Source: Bdellovibrionales bacterium (GTDB lineage Bacteria > Bdellovibrionota > Bdellovibrionia > Bdellovibrionales > JAUICD01). From it: a stretch of DNA of 64,000 nt. Positions within the stretch are counted from its first letter, which is position 1. The number at the start of each line of letters is the position of its first letter. Made by a program: the position numbers and the translations under genes. The DNA lies in contig OZ253553.1 of NCBI GenBank assembly GCA_965262715.1, forward strand, positions 1,184,001-1,248,000, read 5' to 3'. Under the pieces are notes generated by a model, which was not told where the DNA came from, ran no database searches, and worked only from the letters and a program-made list of their open reading frames with translations. Shown one piece after another: positions 56,561-64,000 of the stretch.

Positions 56561-58045
56561 TTGTTTAAGAAAGTTTTGATTGCCAATCGAGGAGAAATTG
56601 CATTACGTATTATCCGGGCCTGCCGCCAAATGGGTATTGTCTCAGCAGTGACCTATAGCCAAGCTGATAAAAAAAGTTTGCCTGTCTTATTAGCAGATGA
56701 AAGTTACTTTGTAGGAGACTCACCTAGTAAAGATTCCTACCTTAATATACCAAATATCATTAAAGCCATTCAAAAATCAAAAGCAGATGCTGTTCACCCT
56801 GGCTATGGATTCTTAAGTGAAAATGCAGAATTTGCAAATACTGTAGAAAAACTAAGTGTCTCCTTTATCGGTCCATCTGCTGAATCTATTGCAATGATGG
56901 GTGATAAAATCAAAGCAAGACAGGTCATGAAAGAAAAAGGTGTACCTGTAATCCCCGGCAGTGAGAAAAGTATTACAGATTTAGAAGAGATGAAATCTAT
57001 CTGCCAAAAAATTGGTTTTCCAGTGATGCTCAAGGCTGCCTTTGGCGGAGGTGGTAGAGGTATGAGGGTTGTTCATTCTCTGGAGGATCTGGAGATAAGT
57101 TACAAATCGGCAAAATTAGAAGCTGCTAATTATTTTGCCAATGATAGCATTTATGTCGAAAAATTCATAAAAAATCCCAAACACATTGAAATGCAAATTT
57201 TTGCAGATACTCATCACAATGCTGTTTGCCTCCATGAAAGAGAATGCTCCCTACAAAGACGTCATCAAAAAGTGATAGAAGAATCTCCTAGTTTGGCCTT
57301 GCCAAAAGATATTCGTCAAAAAATGAAGGATATTGTGACTAAAACCACAAAATCAATGAATTATATAGGCGCAGGCACCTTTGAGTTTATATTAGATAAT
57401 AACACAAAAGAGTTTTTCTTTATGGAAATGAATACAAGACTGCAAGTCGAACATCCTGTGACTGAAATGGTAACAGGTTTTGATCTCGTTAAAGAACAAA
57501 TCTTGGTTGCAGCTGGTAATAAATTAAGTTTTCAGCAAGAAAATATACATTCTAGTGGACATGCTATTGAAGCACGTATCTGCGGAGAAGATCCTGATAC
57601 ACATTTACCAAGTCCTGGTCAGATCAAATATTGCCATCTCCCTCAAGGGCCTTTTATAAGGGTAGATTCTTATATTGATTCAGGCTATACACTCCCAATT
57701 GACTATGATCCTATGATGGCTAAAGTTATTGCTTGGGGCAGAAATCGCACGGAAGCTATTGATCGACTTCAAAGCGCTTTGTTAGAAATAAATATCGCAG
57801 GTATAAAAACCAATATAAAAACTCTACGTTCTATTTTACAAGCTCCCCAATTTATTGATGGATCTTATACAACACAGTTTTTAGACAAACAGTTAAATAG
57901 CAATACTTCGAACTTTTTTGATGATACTATTGCTTTGATCGTTTCAGCTATTGAAGCCTATAAAGATAATAAAAAGAAATATACAAAAGAGTTGAAAATA
58001 AAGTCAAAATGGAAACTTAAAGGGAGAATGGAATCTTTAAGATAG
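56561..58045 (+). CDS. accC: Biotin carboxylase subunit (acetyl/propionyl-CoA carboxylase)
   Basis: KVLIANRGEIA, HPGYGFLSEN, GGGGRGM, ECSLQRRHQK, EMNTRLQVEHPVTE. Confidence 0.93.
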   Translation: MFKKVLIANRGEIALRIIRACRQMGIVSAVTYSQADKKSLPVLLADESYFVGDSPSKDSYLNIPNIIKAIQKSKADAVHPGYGFLSENAEFANTVEKLSVSFIGPSAESIAMMGDKIKARQVMKEKGVPVIPGSEKSITDLEEMKSICQKIGFPVMLKAAFGGGGRGMRVVHSLEDLEISYKSAKLEAANYFANDSIYVEKFIKNPKHIEMQIFADTHHNAVCLHERECSLQRRHQKVIEESPSLALPKDIRQKMKDIVTKTTKSMNYIGAGTFEFILDNNTKEFFFMEMNTRLQVEHPVTEMVTGFDLVKEQILVAAGNKLSFQQENIHSSGHAIEARICGEDPDTHLPSPGQIKYCHLPQGPFIRVDSYIDSGYTLPIDYDPMMAKVIAWGRNRTEAIDRLQSALLEINIAGIKTNIKTLRSILQAPQFIDGSYTTQFLDKQLNSNTSNFFDDTIALIVSAIEAYKDNKKKYTKELKIKSKWKLKGRMESLR

Positions 58046-58093
58046 AAGAGAATTATTATATGAATATTAAATTCAGTGATTTAGATAAGGAGA

Positions 58094-58140
58094 CTACAGC
58101 AGGCTTCTTCACTAGCAACAGGCAACCCCCGTGCCCTGTA
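58094..58140 (-). repeat. Second repeat family, copy 3
   Basis: Reverse complement closely matches 54815-54861. Confidence 0.8.
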
Positions 58141-58188
58141 CCTTATGAGTTTATGTAACAAAGTGAGTTAAGATTATAGGAAAGTGTT

Positions 58189-58737
58189 ATGTTTTTTAAA
58201 ATGCAAATAGATCATCGTATTTTTTACGTAAACATCAAAGAGTCCCAAGATGTATGGAATATCTCTATTTCAAAAGAAGAAACACAAAACATGGTCAAAA
58301 AATATCAAATTCCAAAATCTGATTATCAAAATATCAATAGAGTTATAAATCTTTTTTTCGAAAATAAATGCCATATAGTCAATATGACAAAAAATGAAAG
58401 CAACTACCTTATTGATATGAAAGGCAGTTATAAAGATGTTATTGTTGCTAATGAAGAAATTTTATTACAAAAGAAAATAAAAGGAAGTAGCTTACATGGA
58501 GAAGATCAAGTGCTCACTGCTAAAATGCCAGGTAAAATTGTAGAGGTTTTAGTTAAACCTAAGGATAAAGTAGCCATCGGTCAGCCAATTTTAATTATGG
58601 AAGCTATGAAAATGGAAAATGAAATACGAGCTGACAACAACACCTCAATTCAATCTATAAAAGTTAAAAAGGGTGAAAGTGTAGTAGCTGGAGCTGTACT
58701 TGTTGTTTTTGAAAATCAAAAGGATAAGATGAAGTGA
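58189..58737 (+). CDS. Biotin carboxyl carrier protein
   Basis: AKMPGKI...EAMKMENEI biotinylation motif. Confidence 0.92.
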   Translation: MFFKMQIDHRIFYVNIKESQDVWNISISKEETQNMVKKYQIPKSDYQNINRVINLFFENKCHIVNMTKNESNYLIDMKGSYKDVIVANEEILLQKKIKGSSLHGEDQVLTAKMPGKIVEVLVKPKDKVAIGQPILIMEAMKMENEIRADNNTSIQSIKVKKGESVVAGAVLVVFENQKDKMK

Positions 58738-60296
58738 ACCCACCTCAAAAACAAAAATCTTATTATAACCAAAAAGATTTAGAAAATTTACAATACGACT
58801 TAAATCAAACGCCTGGAGACTTTCCTTTTTTGCGTGGCATTCACCCTAATATGTATCAGGATCGTCTTTGGACAATGAGACAATATGCTGGTTTTGGCAG
58901 CGCAAGAGAGAGTAATCAGCGTTATCATTCTCTTCTAAAAAGTGGACAAACAGGCTTAAGTGTGGCTTTCGACTTGCCAACACAAATGGGTTATGACTCT
59001 GATCATACAAAAGCTCAAGGTGAAGTGGGAATGGCAGGAGTCGCCATTAGCACTCTCGAAGATATGGAAATTCTTTTAAAGGATTTGCCTCTGCAATCCA
59101 TTTCAACCTCTATGACAATTAATGCTACAGCAGGTATTTTACTTGCTTTTTACATTGCTGTTGCAAAAAAACGTAGTATACCCTTTAACCAATTAAGAGG
59201 GACTATCCAAAATGATATTCTTAAAGAGTACATTGCTAGAGGGACTTACATCTATCCTCCAAATCCTAGTTTAAGAATCATCACAGATATTTTTAAATAC
59301 TGTAAAGGTGTAAAGTGGAATACAATCAGTGTTTCTGGTTATCATATTAGAGAAGCAGGAAGCAGTGCTACTCAAGAAGTTGCCTTTACCTTAACTAATG
59401 GTATCACCTATATTCAAAAAGCCTTAGATGCAGGACTATCTATTGATGATGTCGCTCCTAATGTGAGCTTTTTCTTTAATGTTCATAATAACTTTTTAGA
59501 AGAAATTGCTAAATTTCGTGCAGCTAGAGTGCTGTGGGCAGAGATGATCAAAAAACGGTTTGCAGCTAAAAATCCTAAGTCATGGACTCTGCGATTTCAC
59601 TCACAGACAGCAGGATCAACTTTAACAGCTGCACAGCCTTACAATAATATTGTAAGAGTGGCACTGCAAGCTATGGCCAGCGTGCTTGGAGGCACTCAGA
59701 GCCTACATACCAACTCAATGGATGAAGCACTTGGAATACCTACAGACCATTCAGCTACAATTGCTCTTCGCACACAGCAAGTCATTGCCAAAGAAACAGG
59801 AGTCACTGAAGTGGCAGATCCTTTAGGAGGTTCATACTATATAGAATCTCTCACTTCAAAGCTTATAAAAGAGGCTGGTGATTTGATACAAAAGATAGAA
59901 GATTTAGGAGGTGTCATTGCATGTATTGAATCCGGCTGGATACAAAATAAAATACAGGAAGAAGCCTATAAAACACAAAGAGCACTAGAGGAAAAATCTC
60001 AAATACAAGTAGGAGTCAATGCATATAATAATAAGCAAGAAGATTTTAAACCAGAGGTTTTAAAAATTGATCCTCAAATACAAAGAGATCAGATCAGTCG
60101 TATACAAGCCTTTAAAGCAAAAAGAGATCCTCAAAAAGTAAAAAACCAATTAGAAAAAATACGCAATATCGCCAGCAGTCAAGAAAACTTAATGCCTATT
60201 TTTATAGAGTCTGTAGAAGATCATATTACCTTAGGAGAAATTTCCTCTGCATTAGAAGATGTTTTTCAAAGATATCAAGAAATTATCACTATCTGA
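58734..60296 (+). CDS. Methylmalonyl-CoA mutase, catalytic N-terminal-domain subunit
   Basis: [42 protein letters not shown]; no B12-binding domain. Confidence 0.93.
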   Translation: MNPPQKQKSYYNQKDLENLQYDLNQTPGDFPFLRGIHPNMYQDRLWTMRQYAGFGSARESNQRYHSLLKSGQTGLSVAFDLPTQMGYDSDHTKAQGEVGMAGVAISTLEDMEILLKDLPLQSISTSMTINATAGILLAFYIAVAKKRSIPFNQLRGTIQNDILKEYIARGTYIYPPNPSLRIITDIFKYCKGVKWNTISVSGYHIREAGSSATQEVAFTLTNGITYIQKALDAGLSIDDVAPNVSFFFNVHNNFLEEIAKFRAARVLWAEMIKKRFAAKNPKSWTLRFHSQTAGSTLTAAQPYNNIVRVALQAMASVLGGTQSLHTNSMDEALGIPTDHSATIALRTQQVIAKETGVTEVADPLGGSYYIESLTSKLIKEAGDLIQKIEDLGGVIACIESGWIQNKIQEEAYKTQRALEEKSQIQVGVNAYNNKQEDFKPEVLKIDPQIQRDQISRIQAFKAKRDPQKVKNQLEKIRNIASSQENLMPIFIESVEDHITLGEISSALEDVFQRYQEIITI

Positions 60297-60516
60297 TAAA
60301 ATCAAACATTGTTTTAGTCACTGGTATTAATTAAATTGTAACATATAAAAATTTCATTCATTTAAATAAATATAGTCTGTATTTTTTACAAGGTAGATAG
60401 ATATATTTATTTTTTATAGAGTTAAAAAAATGGTTAAATGGTTGATTCAACAGGTTTAGTATGTTATACATCCCATACTCATTCATTTTAGACAAGTCTT
60501 ATAACAAGGAGTCAAA

Positions 60517-61407
60517 GTGAAAAGATTCAACTTATTGATAACTATAGTATTAGTTTTACATTTTTCTACAAATACTTATGCAGACAATCAAAGTACCACC
60601 CATCAAAATAATGATAATGAATGCACTGGTGCACTTACTCAAGCGCAACAAATACATGATTGGATTATTGAAATGTACAGAAACGAAATGCTCCAAGAAA
60701 TAGACAAAAACCCACACTCAAGAATTTCACATATTAGGCCAGAAGTCACAAGAAGAGTTGCAAGAGCCTTAAGTCTCCATCAATCCATGTAACCCGTGTG
60801 GTTGAGAGAATGGACATTGTTTCGTTTGCCTTACAAAATGGTATAAGAAAAGCAGCAAGAATATTCAATAAACCTATTCCTATCATAGATCAATGGGTTG
60901 ATACTAGAATTAGCATTATTTTAAAGGGCATTATAGAAGAAGAAACAACAGAAGAACAAGCTTCTCTTCTTAAACCGTCTTATTGGTTTGTAGAATATTA
61001 TAGAACAGAGGCATCAACAAATCCAACAGATAACGCTATTCAGTCACAACTTGCTATTATAGATGAAACAGGAAAAAAGTTACGTATCAAGGAAAATGTT
61101 TTATTTACTTGGCTTGAAGATAGAGATAGGCAATTAGACCTTATGTATATTATAGCCCCAAAGGGCAAAAGAAAGCACTATATCGGAAGGCACTATATCG
61201 ATATTGGATTGGGTTCATAAATACAAAGCTGAAATTGATAAACTACAATTTCCACCACAAGAAATAATGTCTCTATTACACAGTGACAACAGAAGAAATG
61301 AGGCTATTGAACTAGCTTTAAAAAATGGTATAAAAGAAACAGCAGAACAATTAGATATCCCCTATAGCATTTTATCTCTTCTTGTTTTCGACCATGAGAA
61401 TATGTAG
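60517..61407 (+). pseudogene. Fragmented secreted protein with HTH-like repeats (60517..60792, 60798..61220, 61204..61407)
   Basis: Signal peptide; IVSFALQNGIRKAARIFNKP and AIELALKNGIKETAEQLDIPYSIL in successive frames. Confidence 0.55.
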
Positions 61408-61695
61408 AAATGAGAAGAGTAGAAAGTGGAAGAAATTCAGCTTCTCATTTTATAAGAGATGGTGTAAAAAAAGCTAATAGAATGATAGCCATACCATAGA
61501 AGAGACTGCAAGGAATTTAGGTATCCATGAACATTTTTTATTTTCTTTCCTTAACAATCCTCGATTTAGAGAAGAAACACAATCTTCTTCCCCTTGATTC
61601 ATCATCCTGAGATATGATATTCAAACAATACAGCAAAGAAGTTTCCGTGAGCTGGTTTGCTAGCTAGCCGATTGACTTAAACAAGTTTTGTATAT

Positions 61696-62352
61696 ATGAC
61701 TTGGGCATCTATAATGAACAAAATGAAACTCATCATTGTGCTGTTGGTTCTGCATGTTTCTATAACAAAGATTTATGCAAATAAAACTCTTATATCTCCT
61801 ATTGATCCAAGTAAATGTAAAGCAGCTTTATTGAAGAACAAGAAAGAACTTTCTACTCACTTCGAGGCTATAGAAAGAGAAGATGTAGATAAACTTTTAA
61901 CACTTAAAGATATGAATTGGGATTTGGAAACTAGGTATAAAAGTGTTCAGATCCATCTTTCTTATGCTGCACAAAAAAGCAAAGTTCAATCGATAAGAGT
62001 GCTAGTTTCTCAAGTAGGAGCTGATGTGAACGGCAGAGATAAAAATGGTTTGACGGCCCTCCATTATGCAGTACTCAATCCAGATATACTATCTAGAACA
62101 AACACTATTTATACCCTCGTTCAACTAGGAGCTGATATCTATACCACTGATCACTTAGGTAGAAGACCCTCAGAATATGTGCAAGGTGAAAGAGGCGCAA
62201 TTATAAATCAAGATCAAAGACACAAGGCCATTTATTTAGCCATTAAAACAAATGACCCATTAGAAGTGGCGGAATTGCTTCAAATCACTTATAATATTTT
62301 GCTTCATTTGGTCCGGAGTTTTAGGACAAGCAATGATCTACAAATACACTAA
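61696..62352 (+). CDS. Secreted ankyrin-repeat protein with a C-terminal HTH-like repeat
   Basis: GADVNGRDKNGLTALHYAV ankyrin; AIYLAIKTNDPLEVAELLQITYNIL. Confidence 0.8.
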   Translation: MTWASIMNKMKLIIVLLVLHVSITKIYANKTLISPIDPSKCKAALLKNKKELSTHFEAIEREDVDKLLTLKDMNWDLETRYKSVQIHLSYAAQKSKVQSIRVLVSQVGADVNGRDKNGLTALHYAVLNPDILSRTNTIYTLVQLGADIYTTDHLGRRPSEYVQGERGAIINQDQRHKAIYLAIKTNDPLEVAELLQITYNILLHLVRSFRTSNDLQIH

Positions 62353-62516
62353 TTTCTACAAAAGTATGTAAGTTTTTCATAGATTAATTGAAACCTAAAG
62401 ACTACATCTTATATTTTTTTTCATAAAAAAAGCAGACTTTATCTTTTATTTTCAAAATTTTATCTAATTTCTCTGAATTGTAAGATTTAAAAAAGGCCTA
62501 GAAAGGGCGGGCAGAA

Positions 62517-62744
62517 TTACTTCTTGTTAGGAATCCTTTCAATCAAACGATCAAGCCTTTCTTCAATCTTTTCTACTCTGACTTTAAGCTCATTGATTCG
62601 TTCGGGGATGTATTTATTGACAGAAGTTTCTAGTGTCCCGATTTTCTTGTACAGAAACCATCCTATTCCAATTCCTATTCCAATTCCTATTACTCCCGAT
62701 AATAAAAGGGGTTGGCCTGAAAGAAGGTTTAAAAGCTGTGTCAT
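62517..62744 (-). CDS. Small membrane-anchored coiled-coil protein
   Basis: GVIGIGIGIGIGW TM segment, INELKVRVEKIEERLDRL coiled coil. Confidence 0.5.
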   Translation of the reverse strand: MTQLLNLLSGQPLLLSGVIGIGIGIGIGWFLYKKIGTLETSVNKYIPERINELKVRVEKIEERLDRLIERIPNKK

Positions 62745-62799
62745 TAATTAAATCCTATCGCTATTTTTGATCTGCCTATAAGGTTAGCCAACCTTTCTT

Positions 62800-63042
62800 T
62801 TAAATAGTGCCATATTCTTTTTTGATGTGATTGATTATTTCTGCATACATGGGATTTTTAAGGTTTTCTGGTTTTTTTGCCTCATGGTACAAATCAACTA
62901 AGGGAAAACCCAAAAACTCTATAGGGTTAGCTAAAGCCTTCTTTATCCTATCATCATCCTGTGCCAGTGCTAATACCAAATCTTTTAGTGCTGAGTCGGA
63001 TTGTATAAGTTTTGGGACACTTTCTGTCCATATCGAAGACAT
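62800..63042 (-). CDS. Hypothetical protein
   Basis: 80 aa ORF with AAGGA RBS. Confidence 0.45.
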   Translation of the reverse strand: MSSIWTESVPKLIQSDSALKDLVLALAQDDDRIKKALANPIEFLGFPLVDLYHEAKKPENLKNPMYAEIINHIKKEYGTI

Positions 63043-63374
63043 AATATTTTCCTTTGGTTATTTGCCTGATACCTCTTAATAAAGGTTTTTTGGTAAAAAT
63101 GGATTCAATTGATGCAACCATAATTCCATCTTGTCATTAACCCTTTTACCTATCTTGAACTTTATACCTTTGTCAAACCAAAGTCACGATTTTGGCCATG
63201 GATTTATTAAAAAAGTAACTAAAAAACCCAAAAATTGCTAACACCTATAAATAAAGCATCCTTCTATTAAAAATGAGCTTGTAAATTATTCTTGATTGAT
63301 ATATAGTGGTTAATTCTAGAAAATCTATATTGGTTTTATAAGAGCTAGGATGAATTGTTTCAGGTTTATATGAG

Positions 63375-63944
63375 GTGTTTTTTATGAGACAAACTTTAAG
63401 TTTTATATTCATTTTTATATTTTATTTATCATTTATCATCACCCCTAACACATTGCATGCAATGTGTGCTGATCTGCTTTCTTCTTACCCTGAAGATGAT
63501 ACAAATGCGATTGTTGATCTTGCTTATGAAGATTACTCTCAAGATGATACAAATGCGATTGTTGATCTTGCTTATGAAGATTACTCTCAAGATGATATAA
63601 AGATAATTATTGATCTTGCTTATGACACAAGTGTAACAGAAGTTGTACGAGATTTTAATATCCCTTACCCTATAGTTCTTTCTTATATTTATGAACATGA
63701 AGTAAGGAGCACAGTAAGGCATGGAGAAAGAATAGGATATCGACTTTCATGGACTTATAAAGAAGGAGCTATTGATTTTGCAGTACAAGCGAGGGTAAAG
63801 CCAGCTGCAAACCAAATACATGTGACTTATAACACATTGATGGGGTTCATAAAAAGAAAACATGGTAGTTTCCGGGGAGCAAGACAAGCAAGAAGGCATA
63901 TAGTTCCAACTCTAGATCCAGAATATGAAGGCATTGAAAGTTAA
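63375..63944 (+). CDS. Secreted protein with a 16-aa tandem repeat and HTH-like repeats
   Basis: Signal peptide; DDTNAIVDLAYEDYSQ x2 plus a partial third; AIDFAVQARVKPAANQIHVTYNTL. Confidence 0.7.
   Translation: MFFMRQTLSFIFIFIFYLSFIITPNTLHAMCADLLSSYPEDDTNAIVDLAYEDYSQDDTNAIVDLAYEDYSQDDIKIIIDLAYDTSVTEVVRDFNIPYPIVLSYIYEHEVRSTVRHGERIGYRLSWTYKEGAIDFAVQARVKPAANQIHVTYNTLMGFIKRKHGSFRGARQARRHIVPTLDPEYEGIES
63493..63624 (+). repeat. 48-bp coding tandem repeat (two exact units, one degenerate)
   Basis: Units start at 63493, 63541 and 63589. Confidence 0.9.
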
Positions 63945-64000
63945 ATCCCGAGTTTGACAGAATTTTTCATTTAAAAGGCAAGCTTATACGTATTTATAGG

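Overview
AT-rich bacterial chromosomal window. Gene content (type IVa pilins, alternative complex III, many signal-peptide orphan proteins, split methylmalonyl-CoA mutase) suggests a Bdellovibrionota-like organism; this is an inference. Left to right: (1) a pilin locus with two paralogous type IVa pilins. Upstream is a sigma-28-like promoter bracketed by two 28-bp 11+6+11 palindromic sites with mutually inverted cores, a candidate invertible promoter switch. (2) An ~18 kb decayed island (~2860-21287) anchored on the 3' end of tRNA-Ala(TGC). It carries serine-recombinase remnants, HicAB, a complete IS30 with ATT target duplication, AbiEi/AbiEii, secreted zincin-like proteins, a group II intron 3' remnant, a BsuBI/PstI-type R-M system between two solo IS30 ends, an nspC-like gene, and Fic and RhuM remnants. 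(3) Core genes: alanine symporter, lspA fusion, ABC binding protein, pyrB, pyrG, and rplK-rplA detached from nusG/rplJL. (4) A tandem array of degenerate copies of the actF 3' end separating ankyrin and toxin-antitoxin cassettes. (5) The actABCDEF operon, interrupted by a CfrBI-type R-M module that includes a HEAT-repeat/methyltransferase fusion. (6) A putative HNH-like gene, gdhA, and carboxylase/mutase genes. (7) A cluster of signal-peptide proteins sharing an HTH-like repeat. A ~150-190 bp structured repeat with compensatory stem changes and GNRA loops recurs at insertion boundaries. All calls are by eye from motifs; no database searches were run.
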